Notes under the pieces: generated by a model
Seen by the model: the letters and a program-made list of their open reading frames with translations, nothing else
What the model was told of the DNA's origin: nothing
Database searches by the model: none
NCBI GenBank assembly: GCA_011364975.1
Contig: RDOE01000019.1
Span: forward strand, 1-46,062
Source: Promethearchaeota archaeon
GTDB lineage: Archaea; Asgardarchaeota; Lokiarchaeia; Sigyniarchaeales; SOKP01
Direction of reading: 5' to 3'
Length of the DNA stretch: 46,062 nucleotides
Translations under genes and position numbers: made by a program
Shown: piece after piece, positions 38,501 through 46,062 of the stretch
Position numbering within the stretch: the stretch's first letter is position 1
Layout: each line of letters opens with the position of its first letter

Positions 38501-39301
38501 AATGTAATGAATTCCCAAAAAGCCACTTACATTGCCATAAGTAATACATATCATTGTTAAAGCTCTCAAATCATCATATTGCTCTATGAAAATTAAACTT
38601 TCATCACATCTTAATAGAAATTTTTTTAAATAACCTCTCCAATCCTCATTCCATCTAAATGGTTTTATATAAGCTTGAATCAACGTTAAGTAATACTCCA
38701 TATATAATGATTCTGCAAGAAGTTGAACATTTTCATCTTTTTTCAAAATGGATTGAGTCTTATAGACAATGTTTTTGCTCTTTTGGTAATAATCATCAAA
38801 TTCCTTAGGATCCATTATAAAAAAACCACTTAATATACAAGCATAAGCACCACGACTCAAAACCCTGGCAATATGTTCTTGGTTATTCTCTTTAGAATAC
38901 TCTTTGCTTGCTTTAATGAAAAGCTCATGTGAACTGATCAGGTTTTCCTTGCATGCTATATAAGTATCTGTAATATATGATCTGAAAAAAAAAATTTCTG
39001 CTTCACATTCAAACTTAATAGATTTATTTCCAATTTGTTCAAAAATATTCATTGCTTCCGTGTAAGCTTTTATGGTTTTTTTGATGTAATTTACAAATTC
39101 TTCATTGGTTTTAACATTGAAAGCTGCTCTTGAATATGAATCTCCAAGCTTTTTATAAATTAAACCAACTTTTTCTGTTAAATTTTTCTTCAAATAACCA
39201 TTAGCAACTTGCTCATACAATTTAGCTGCTTCTATCCAATTATAAACTTTTTCTTCACTTATTGCTTTTTCTAAAAGTTCGATTTCGCTTATCTTAACCA
39301 T
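35555..39301 (-). CDS. TPR/alpha-solenoid protein with C-terminal carbon-nitrogen hydrolase (nitrilase-fold) domain
   Basis: About 900 aa of TPR-like helices, a S/T/P-rich linker, then RVGIAQ, LLFPEM (Glu), QEKH (Lys), IICRDF (Cys), ANIAEFGDS. Confidence 0.85.
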   Translation of the reverse strand: MVKISEIELLEKAISEEKVYNWIEAAKLYEQVANGYLKKNLTEKVGLIYKKLGDSYSRAAFNVKTNEEFVNYIKKTIKAYTEAMNIFEQIGNKSIKFECEAEIFFFRSYITDTYIACKENLISSHELFIKASKEYSKENNQEHIARVLSRGAYACILSGFFIMDPKEFDDYYQKSKNIVYKTQSILKKDENVQLLAESLYMEYYLTLIQAYIKPFRWNEDWRGYLKKFLLRCDESLIFIEQYDDLRALTMICITYGNVSGFLGIHYIEDENEQRKYMDKALELLEKSSDFARRLNDIALINESIYWLIMWAMLGGKVNYFQKQVSINLKWFIEIGNIFKDTNNLWSYQVNLLLGAYYANIAQRSYFTSEQRVSYAEKAIEYAKLNLTRMPKSPFISDSYLALTWAYSQLAILAKNNEQQKVNAQKMLQYAEQVGKIAEKYEGGWVRAYGYSSLYRAYKTLADIAENEQNEIKMLSLAIDASEKYMEHANESRTGIITAQIRLGLLYEDFAILTSSKDIFIKTKDLFLQVAKESEKKGYYSYTAASYEYLARIEDRLGYHNSSANYYEMAQNAYNESLKKVDYKPLIKRINEKLNYTKAWSLIEIAKINHKSENHQKAKEGYDNACEILKNLPSFNYEANYYSAWASQEIAEQLSKQEKHNEAIEQYNTTIIVFENAIKILEKRLNQSKEKMEIERIQTLIKVAKLRTSYCSARIDVEKARIAGKQGEHITAAELFASAASQFRYVCNLFKTEKERIELEAVYYLCRAWESMELAEKYEDRDRFSESANLFIKASNLFTESKLKLLASGNSSFCQALELGCEFDEIYDSKMKAKLYPKIKTMLRTAASSYEKGGFKNGGDWALATSTYFDAIWHLELFSKAGYKDKENEILTRLERLKQEEKILVSALNTIKKPAISSSTTGIIAPACPLETSQSPRLGEVYQFTEEERRVIGEKIIKKKYQIIYRDLFKQYPRAQKREFRVGIAQIGISGTGDILNEFYEMKTSGLLSFREEKIENVRYIIKNIIEKAHKEEVNVLLFPEMTIDLNYGELLEDISDFAKLYEMYIIPGSYHDQETKRNIAKVFGPDGILWEQEKHIPAIMRFEGLEIKEQIDVANIPRKIIVCNTEFGRIAIIICRDFLDMDLRVELKNFEPPIDIILNPAFTPVTTDFKAAHFDARRSIYSYCFFANIAEFGDSIIYTPEKERIERSIPAKQEGLIYKDIDIFKLRSERKKWERDKENELKFIQSTR

Positions 39302-39513
39302 CTTGAGTTATTTGTCTTAATAAAATTGGGTTTCTTTTTCCTAATAATATTTAACATTAATATCTAAATTATTTACTTTTCTTAATTTAAGTTTTATTTA
39401 TTATTTTATGTATAGGATTATGAGATTATAAACTCTAGAGCACTTATCAAATGATTTATAGATAGAAGGTTTAAATTTCATTCAATATATCTCTCATTTG
39501 ACTCAAAATAATC

Positions 39514-39566
39514 CATTTAAACCCAGAAAGTTTAAATGCGATGATTTCGAAAAAAAACTTTATAAT
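39514..39566 (+). promoter_or_regulatory. Inverted repeat CATTTAAAC-N7-GTTTAAATG followed by a BRE/TATA-like element upstream of acs
   Basis: Arms at 39514-39522 and 39530-39538; CGAAAAAAAAC then TTTATAAT at 39559-39566. Confidence 0.45.
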
Positions 39567-39637
39567 TTTAAACACATTTACTTAAATTAGAATTCCAAAT
39601 AAGAAAAACAATCAAAAATTTAAATAAGGGAAATATT

Positions 39638-41620
39638 ATGTCAGAAGAAGAGAAGAAAATGGAAAGTATCTTAACTGAAACGAGAATCTTTGATCCTTTA
39701 AAACTTAACAAGAAATTTGCTAAAACTGGTATCTCAACCGATGAATATAATAAACTTTACAAACGATCCATTGAAGATATGGAAGGATTCTGGGGTGAGC
39801 AAGCGAAATCCCTCGATTGGTTTAAACCTTATACTAAAGTATGGGAAAAAACAGATCTTTTTCCGGGAAAGTGGTTCGTTGGGGGAAAAATCAACGTTGC
39901 TTACAACTGCCTTGATCGTCATGTGAAAAAAGGAAAAGGAGAAAAAATAGCGTTAATCTGGGAAGCTGATGAACCTGGACAAGCTAAAACTTATACTTAC
40001 AAGGAATTACTTGCCGAAGTAAATAAAGCGGCTAATGGTATGAAAAAACTTGGTTTGAAGAAAGGAGACCGTGTCACCATATGGCTCCCGATGATTCCGG
40101 AACTTACAATTATTATGCTAGCTTGTGCCCGAATTGGTGTTATCCACTCTATCGTGTTTGGTGGATTCTCTAAAGAGGCTGTAAAAGATAGAATTGAGGA
40201 TTCCAATTCAAGACTACTCTTTACTAGCGATGAGACTGCTCGAGCTGGAAAATTCTATCCAAAAATGAGTGATGTAGCAGAAATGATTGATGATGTTCCC
40301 ACAATCGAGCATGTGATTGTTGTAAAGCGCACTGGGCGTGAAGTAGCTCATACTAAAAAAGATATCTGGTATGATGATTTTATTACTGGAATGAGTGAAA
40401 AATGTGAGTCTGAACCCATGGATTCTGAGGACACCCTTTTTATCCTCTATACAAGCGGAACCACAGGCAAACCAAAAGGTGTAAAACACACCACTGCAGG
40501 ATATATCCTTTATACTTCTTATACACACCGCATAGTCTTTAACTATCACGAAGGCGATGTTTGGTATTGTACTGCAGACATAGGATGGATCACCGGACAT
40601 TCCTACATAGTATATGGACCATTAGCTAACGGAGCGACAACTCTTATGTTTGAGGGTGTTCCAACATATCCAGATGTAAGTCGATTTTGGGATATTGTTG
40701 AAACTCATAAAGTGACACACTTCTATACGGCTCCTACCGCTATTCGTGCATTGATGCGTTTCGGGGAAGAACCCGTTAAAAAACACGATTTAAGTACTCT
40801 AAAAGTTTTAGGAACTGTGGGAGAACCAATAAATCCAGAGGCATGGGTATGGTATCATAAAGTAGTTGGTAAAGAGCATTGTCCAATAGTCGATACTTAT
40901 TGGCAGACTGAGACTGGGGGGTTTATCATGACTCCTATAGCAACTGCTACTCCAACCAAACCAGGTTCTTGTTGCTTACCCTTTTTGGGTATAAAACCTA
41001 TAATTTTTGACTTGGAAGGCGACGAAGTTACAGAACCAGAAGAGGGGGGATATTTTGCTATGGCACAGCCTTGGCCAGGAATGCTTAGAGATGTATGGGG
41101 CGATACAGAACGGTTTAAATCCACATATTTAACAAAATATCCAGGCTATTATTATACGGGAGATGGTGCCCGTCGAGATAAAGATGGTTATTATTGGATT
41201 TTAGGTAGACTTGATGATGTTATTAAAGTTTCAGGCCATAGAATTGGAACCATGGAAGTAGAAAGTGCCATTGTATCTCATCCAAAGGTAGCAGAAGCTG
41301 CAGTAGCACCTTTTCCTCATAAAATTAAGGGACAAGCAATTTGGGCGTTTGTAACTTTATTAAGTGGTGTTGAAAAATCTGAAGCCTTGAAAAAGGACAT
41401 TACAATGCATGTTAGGAAAGAAATTGGACCTGTATTTCAGCCTGATGTCGTACAATTTGCTGATGATCTTCCAAAGACGCGTAGTGGAAAAATTATGCGT
41501 CGGATTTTGAAAGCGATTGCATCCGGTACTGAAATTGGAAATGTCACTACCTTAGCGGATCCTTCCGTTGTAGATGCTTTACTTGAAGAGCGCAAGAAAT
41601 TGGATGTTGAAATTGGTTAA
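39638..41620 (+). CDS. acs: AMP-forming acetyl-CoA synthetase
   Basis: YTSGTTGKPKG, TADIGWITGHSY, GEPINPEAW, DTYWQTETGG, YYTGDGA, LPKTRSGKIMRR. Confidence 0.98.
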   Translation: MSEEEKKMESILTETRIFDPLKLNKKFAKTGISTDEYNKLYKRSIEDMEGFWGEQAKSLDWFKPYTKVWEKTDLFPGKWFVGGKINVAYNCLDRHVKKGKGEKIALIWEADEPGQAKTYTYKELLAEVNKAANGMKKLGLKKGDRVTIWLPMIPELTIIMLACARIGVIHSIVFGGFSKEAVKDRIEDSNSRLLFTSDETARAGKFYPKMSDVAEMIDDVPTIEHVIVVKRTGREVAHTKKDIWYDDFITGMSEKCESEPMDSEDTLFILYTSGTTGKPKGVKHTTAGYILYTSYTHRIVFNYHEGDVWYCTADIGWITGHSYIVYGPLANGATTLMFEGVPTYPDVSRFWDIVETHKVTHFYTAPTAIRALMRFGEEPVKKHDLSTLKVLGTVGEPINPEAWVWYHKVVGKEHCPIVDTYWQTETGGFIMTPIATATPTKPGSCCLPFLGIKPIIFDLEGDEVTEPEEGGYFAMAQPWPGMLRDVWGDTERFKSTYLTKYPGYYYTGDGARRDKDGYYWILGRLDDVIKVSGHRIGTMEVESAIVSHPKVAEAAVAPFPHKIKGQAIWAFVTLLSGVEKSEALKKDITMHVRKEIGPVFQPDVVQFADDLPKTRSGKIMRRILKAIASGTEIGNVTTLADPSVVDALLEERKKLDVEIG

Positions 41621-41627
41621 AAAAATC

Positions 41628-41654
41628 ATTTTTTAATTTTTATTTTTTCTTTTT
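41628..41654 (+). terminator. Oligo-T tract after acs, putative archaeal terminator
   Basis: Several T runs directly after the stop codon. Confidence 0.4.
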
Positions 41655-41821
41655 ACACTTATTAAAAATCATTATCTCTAATGTTTTTAATTTTCATCAC
41701 TATAGCAGTTTGATCTCTCATTCGAAGATATTAAAATATATTAATCTTTAAATTCCTAAGATTCACTATTCAGAGGATTCAACATATCATATTTTTATTA
41801 TTTATTTCAATAAATAATAGT

Positions 41822-42577
41822 ATGGAAGAAGAAAAAAAGATAGATAGAAAGTTTAGTAATCCTATTTTGGTAATTTTGACATTATTTGCTACTGTTATTC
41901 AAATGCCTTTTTTATTTTGGCCCTCGGGAACACTATCTTGGTTGGAAGGTTGGATATATTTAGTAATTTTTTTCATTTCATTCAGTCTTATATTTATTGT
42001 TTTAAATCATAAAAACCCGGAGATTTTAATCAATCGCATGAAGATGAAAAAGGAATCGATCCGAAAAAAGAAAGAGAAGGTTACTGATGATAATAAGATC
42101 ATAGTAAAAGCGTCTGGAACAGATAAAATTATACTCCCTCTCTTCGGAATTTTTTTCTTAGCGGTATTTGTTATTCCTGCTTTTGATAGAAGATTTAATT
42201 GGTCAACAATTTGGATTTGGTCAGAAATAATTGGTTTTGTGTTATTACCTCTCTCTTTCTATATTATTTATCGTGTAATGCTTGAAAACGCTTATGCTTC
42301 TAAAGTTTTGGATATTAGAGCGGATTCAGGTCAAAAACTTATCGATACAGGGCCTTATGCAATTGTGAGACATCCTATGTATTCTGGGTTTGCTCTGATG
42401 GTTATTTCAATAGCTTTAGGGTTGGGTTCATGGTATGCGCTTTTCCCCGCTATTCTAGCAATTATATTTTTAGGCATCCGAATTAAATATGAGGAAGCAA
42501 TGCTTATGAAAGGTCTCGAAGGATATAAGGAATATAAGAAAAAAGTTAAATTCAAATTAATACCTAAGATTTACTAG
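41822..42577 (+). CDS. ICMT/PEMT-family integral membrane methyltransferase
   Basis: TM helices, EN, QKLIDTGPYAIVRHPMYSG, RIKYEEAML...GYKEY...KLIP. Confidence 0.9.
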   Translation: MEEEKKIDRKFSNPILVILTLFATVIQMPFLFWPSGTLSWLEGWIYLVIFFISFSLIFIVLNHKNPEILINRMKMKKESIRKKKEKVTDDNKIIVKASGTDKIILPLFGIFFLAVFVIPAFDRRFNWSTIWIWSEIIGFVLLPLSFYIIYRVMLENAYASKVLDIRADSGQKLIDTGPYAIVRHPMYSGFALMVISIALGLGSWYALFPAILAIIFLGIRIKYEEAMLMKGLEGYKEYKKKVKFKLIPKIY

Positions 42578-42794
42578 GAATCACTACCCAATTCCCTCAT
42601 TATTCAAATTGATTGTTATTTATAACTTTGAAAATATGAAGTCTTTTTGAAAAAAAAAATTAAGCACAATTATGATATTGGAGAAATAAGAAAAAATAAT
42701 TTAAGAAAAATTATTTTAAAAATATTCTATGAGTGAATTTTATAACTCAGAAAAATATAACATCTCTAATTATAATAATTAATTACCTGGATTG

Positions 42795-42824
42795 TGATTC
42801 TCATTTTGAGTTTATTGAGAATCA
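42795..42824. promoter_or_regulatory. Inverted repeat TGATTCTCA-N12-TGAGAATCA upstream of the ferredoxin-domain gene
   Basis: Perfect 9-bp arms at 42795-42803 and 42816-42824. Confidence 0.4.
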
Positions 42825-42905
42825 TCGGTGTTATTGAAAGAATTCCTCGAACATAAACATTTAAAAACCTTTAATACAAGTATATTTAAAAAACTAAATA
42901 TAGGG

Positions 42906-43745
42906 ATGTCTAATATGAAAAAAATGAAAGAATTAGATTTAAATCCTATTGAAATAAACACTCCCCGGGCAAATCGATATAAGAAGATGATTAAATTATC
43001 TAAAATTCCCGGATTTAAATACTTATTTAATCGCTGGATGGATATCACGCATTCAAACGGATCTGCGATACCCATCAATGTATCCTTGGGAACCTATGAA
43101 GATAAAGTATTACCATTGATTGTTACAGAACATTTTATTAAGAAGGCAAGTCATATTGTGCTGATGGATTGTGGATGTAGGGTAGCCAATGATTGTCAGA
43201 ATCATGATTTTCATCTGGGTTGTACTTGGTTAGGTGAAGCTACAAAGAGAATAGATCTTGAAAAATGGAAAACGCATAATGCTCATGTTGGGACTATAGA
43301 AGAAGCATTAGAACGAGAACGCTTGGCTTATGAGAATGGCTTAGTCCCTCATTTGGGTCGGTTAAAGGGAGATTCGATAAGATATGGAGCCTTACCTGAT
43401 GAAGGCCATTTCATGTCGCTTTGTCATTGTTGTTCTTGTTGCTGCATCTTAAGCACAATGAAATATGGTTCTTCTGACTTGAAAAAAATTATAACCAAAA
43501 TGGAAGGTGTTGAAGTAGAAGTCAATAAAGAAATGTGTGTTGCGTGTGGCTCGTGCTTTAAAGTGTGTATATACGATGCAATGAAACTAATAGATGGTAA
43601 AGCGTTCATTGATCCAAATGAGTGCAAAGGATGTGGACGATGCGAAAGGGAATGCCCAAATGATGCCATTTCCATAAGAATAGATGATTACAGCCGAATT
43701 AATGAATTAATTTCTCGTATCGAATCCTATGTTGATGTTACTTAA
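42906..43745 (+). CDS. 4Fe-4S dicluster (ferredoxin) domain protein with Cys-rich N-terminal domain
   Basis: CGCR...C...C, CHCCSCCC, CVACGSCFKVC and CKGCGRCERECP. ATG at 42906 or 42915 is more likely than GTG at 42828. Confidence 0.88.
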   Translation: MSNMKKMKELDLNPIEINTPRANRYKKMIKLSKIPGFKYLFNRWMDITHSNGSAIPINVSLGTYEDKVLPLIVTEHFIKKASHIVLMDCGCRVANDCQNHDFHLGCTWLGEATKRIDLEKWKTHNAHVGTIEEALERERLAYENGLVPHLGRLKGDSIRYGALPDEGHFMSLCHCCSCCCILSTMKYGSSDLKKIITKMEGVEVEVNKEMCVACGSCFKVCIYDAMKLIDGKAFIDPNECKGCGRCERECPNDAISIRIDDYSRINELISRIESYVDVT

Positions 43746-43991
43746 TTTCATGGTATTTCTATTAATAATCAGTAAATTTGGACCAAAATTCTTTTCTAGA
43801 AAAAATTTAATACTATTTAGGAAAAACTTAATCAAGGAAGTATTGTTGAAATGTCAGTACTAGAATGAGTGTCTATTACCCATGTTTTAAACCATACTGA
43901 TTATAATTAGAGCTCTCTTCATAAATCTAACATCATTATAAAACAACATAATATTTTTAAAGTGAAGGATTGAACTAGTATTGTAATAACT

Positions 43992-44633
43992 ATGAATGAA
44001 GAAGAATCGTTAGAAAAATTAAAAAACGCTATTTTAAGAGGCGATTCAAATAAAGCAATTCAATTTGTTAATGAATCTATTAAAACAGGAATAGAAGTTA
44101 AAGAGATCTTGAATAGGGCCATCCTTAAAGGCGCTGAAGAAGCTGGGAATTTATATGAAAGTGATGAATATTTTCTACCTGATCTGCTAATGACCGGCGA
44201 TGCCATTAACGCTGCTACTGAAACTTTAAAGAATTCATTAAATGGAAAATCTGAAATACAATCTAAAGGTACTATATTAATTGGAACCGTAGAAGGCGAT
44301 ATCCATGATATAGGGAAGAGTTTGGTAGTATCACTTTTACAAGGACAGGGTTTTGATGTGGTTGATCTTGGATCCGATGTACCGCCAGAAGAGTTCCTTC
44401 GAAAGGCTAAAGAAATAAATCCCATTCTGATTGGATTGAGTGGATTAATGACAATGAGCATCTCTAAAATGGTAGAAACAGTTAACTTGCTTAAGAGTGA
44501 AAATATACAGTCTCGAATAATCATTGGGGGTGGAATATTATCAAAACAATCGTGTGAAATGGTAGGAGCAGATGATTTTGCTAAAGATGGCTGGGAAGGA
44601 GTTAAAAAAATAAATAAATTACTTAGAATTTAA
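43992..44633 (+). CDS. Methyltransferase cognate corrinoid protein (MtaC/MtbC/MtsB-like)
   Basis: Cap domain YFLPDLL, B12-binding EGDIHDIGK, DLGSDVP, SGLMT, IIGGG, GAD. Confidence 0.95.
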   Translation: MNEEESLEKLKNAILRGDSNKAIQFVNESIKTGIEVKEILNRAILKGAEEAGNLYESDEYFLPDLLMTGDAINAATETLKNSLNGKSEIQSKGTILIGTVEGDIHDIGKSLVVSLLQGQGFDVVDLGSDVPPEEFLRKAKEINPILIGLSGLMTMSISKMVETVNLLKSENIQSRIIIGGGILSKQSCEMVGADDFAKDGWEGVKKINKLLRI

Positions 44634-44640
44634 GAGGTGT

Positions 44641-45729
44641 TTGAATAAATTGGTAAAAGATTGGACTGCTTCCGTAAATAGAATATTTAGAACAATATCA
44701 GGATCAAAAAGAGTTGATAAAGTTCCATTTCTTGCATTCGCCGGGGAACAAATGATTTGTCGAGTAACCGGAAAAACTGTGAAAGAATTATATAGTTCCC
44801 CAAAGGTTTATGCTAATGCTATTATAACCACGTTTGAGTTTTTAAATACCGATTCTATAAATGTTCCAAGTGCCTACGCAGGACCAAGCGAAGCTTTAGC
44901 ATTTGCGGAAGCGAACAATAAATTAGATGCAATTAAATGGTTTGATTATAAACCTCTAATGTGTAAACAAGGAGAAATTTGTAAATCTGAAGAAGATATT
45001 GAAAACCTGGAAATTCCAGATCATAGTAAGAATAATTTATGGAAAAATTCCTTACTAGCAGCAAAAATGATTAATGAAAAAATTAAATTTCCTCAGGTTA
45101 TGAGTTTAAGTATTTGGTCTGTTGTTCAGGAGTTGCGTGGCATAGAAGCCTATAAGGATATGCGGCGAAATCCGGATTTGTTATTAAAACTATGCGAAAA
45201 AATTTATGAATCTCAAATGGATATTTATGAGAATTGGCTTGAAATTGTAGGCATGCCTCCTAATGTTTTTATTGCAGGTTACTCATTTAACCGACACATG
45301 ATGAGTTTTCAAGATTCTATGCGCTATGAAGGGCAGTTTATTAAGAGGATGATGAATAAAATACAAGTTCCTTTCATGCTTCATAATTGTGGAACTTCTC
45401 CATACTTTACGGAAGTCGTTAAAGAAATTGACTTTATTGCCGTGAATGGAAGTCATCCGTTAGATATTGAATATTGGATTGACTTTAAAAAGAAATATCC
45501 AAAAATCACAATAATAGGCGCTAATATTGACGTGAGTCGAGAAATGCTCACAGGAACTCCTTCTGATGTTGAAGAAAAGGTAAAAGAAAACATCATAAAC
45601 TTGGCTCCTGGGGGTAGATATATTTGTTGCCCCGTTTGTAGCTTACCATGGGGTGTATCCATTCCCAATATCTTAGCGATTCCAAAAGCAATTGAGAAAT
45701 ATGGACATTATCCTATAAAAATAAATTAA
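44641..45729 (+). CDS. Uroporphyrinogen decarboxylase superfamily methylcobamide methyltransferase (MtaA/MtsA/CmuA-like)
   Basis: URO-D fold features (GANID...LTGTP..V; GGRYI), Zn-ligand-like LHNCG plus CCPVC. SD-like GAGGTG before the TTG, 7 bp after the corrinoid gene. Confidence 0.85.
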   Translation: MNKLVKDWTASVNRIFRTISGSKRVDKVPFLAFAGEQMICRVTGKTVKELYSSPKVYANAIITTFEFLNTDSINVPSAYAGPSEALAFAEANNKLDAIKWFDYKPLMCKQGEICKSEEDIENLEIPDHSKNNLWKNSLLAAKMINEKIKFPQVMSLSIWSVVQELRGIEAYKDMRRNPDLLLKLCEKIYESQMDIYENWLEIVGMPPNVFIAGYSFNRHMMSFQDSMRYEGQFIKRMMNKIQVPFMLHNCGTSPYFTEVVKEIDFIAVNGSHPLDIEYWIDFKKKYPKITIIGANIDVSREMLTGTPSDVEEKVKENIINLAPGGRYICCPVCSLPWGVSIPNILAIPKAIEKYGHYPIKIN

Positions 45730-45773
45730 AAATTAAAATTCATCCAAATATATTTTCCTCCCTCCTTTTTTAT

Positions 45774-45929
45774 TAGATCCGAAATGGGAAAATAATACGA
45801 AGAATTTTGAAAGCGATTTCTTCAGGTACTGGTATTGATAATGTCATCAATTTAGCGGATTCTTCTGTAGTATATGCGCTTCTTGAAGAACCAAAGAAAA
45901 TGGATATTGAAATAGTTAAGAAAAATTAA
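45774..45929 (+). pseudogene. Degenerate remnant of the acs 3' end
   Basis: 45780-45929 translates RNGKIIRRILKAISSGTGIDNVINLADSSVVYALLEEPKKMDIEIVKKN*, versus Acs RSGKIMRRILKAIASGTEIGNVTTLADPSVVDALLEERKKLDVEIG* (33/46 identical by hand). Preceded by an in-frame TAG, with no start codon. Confidence 0.92.
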
Positions 45930-46062
45930 TTTTCTTTTTTTAAGCTCCTTTTTCTGAATCAGAAATGAGATATAATAAAAGAAATTTTGGCTTGAAAATT
46001 CAAAATTGTTTGAATTAAGTAGAAAATAATATTTCAAGTAATTTTTATGAAGTTATCTTATT

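Noticed and set aside
34759-42577. CPBP (Rce1-like) protease and ICMT-family gene as a eukaryote-like CAAX processing pathway for the nearby GTPases
   Set aside because: Both families are widespread in prokaryotes and the genes are ~6 kb apart and not operonic. No prenyltransferase is present, and no protein here ends in a CaaX motif (the Arf-like GTPase ends KLNL).
43786-43808. Palindrome TTTTCTAGAAAA with AT flanks after the ferredoxin gene
   Set aside because: Almost all A/T, so expected by chance at this base composition.
771-45668. Many 60-154-aa ORFs antisense to or out of frame within long genes (e.g. 771..1010, 12054..12356, 40214..40600, 44060..44524)
   Set aside because: Nested in or largely overlapping well-supported CDSs, with no recognisable motifs.
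45774-45776. In-frame TAG near corrinoid genes as a pyrrolysine codon
   Set aside because: It replaces a Lys codon at the edge of a decayed fragment with no upstream acs homology. No pyl or methylamine methyltransferase genes are in the window.
45852-46037. 61-aa minus-strand ORF in the ORF track
   Set aside because: Low-complexity F/K/N sequence with a TTG start, overlapping the acs remnant on the opposite strand. Most likely spurious.
1-46062. tRNA, rRNA, CRISPR arrays, transposases, integrases, selenoprotein UGA readthrough
   Set aside because: No GC-rich structured intergenic segment, repeat-spacer array, recombinase motif or UGA-split gene was seen by eye. A covariance-model scan would be needed to exclude small RNAs.

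Overview
AT-rich archaeal chromosomal segment. The gene content points to an Asgard archaeon of the Lokiarchaeia type (inferred, not searched): eukaryote-like STT3/AglB, class I CCA-adding enzyme, aIF5B, a non-canonical EF-2, TFB, Taw1, Arf-like GTPases and TPR solenoids. The left ~34 kb is mostly housekeeping (aglB 3' part, uvrB-uvrA, infB, cca, EF-2, HAD, EngB, taw1, nucleoside phosphorylase, tfb, PAP2, PHP), mixed with uncharacterised proteins. The right ~12 kb looks accessory: CPBP protease, TPR-nitrilase, acs, ICMT-family methyltransferase, ferredoxin-domain protein, and a corrinoid protein with an MtaA/CmuA-type methyltransferase. Main observations: (1) an unannotated decayed copy of the acs 3' end sits exactly 4300 bp downstream of the intact one and brackets the four-gene methyltransfer cassette, suggesting insertion at acs; (2) a CoA-transferase-GNAT fusion lacks the transferase catalytic Glu, so it may be an acyl-CoA-sensing lysine acetyltransferase acting on the nearby Acs; (3) Taw1 carries a ~90-aa winged-helix-like insertion; (4) the EF-2 has HTQ in place of the diphthamide HRG motif; (5) a P-loop-less pseudo-GTPase/alpha-solenoid and an HhH-Arf-like GTPase flank tfb; (6) several palindromic operator candidates. 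No rRNA, tRNA, CRISPR array, transposase or integrase was seen.
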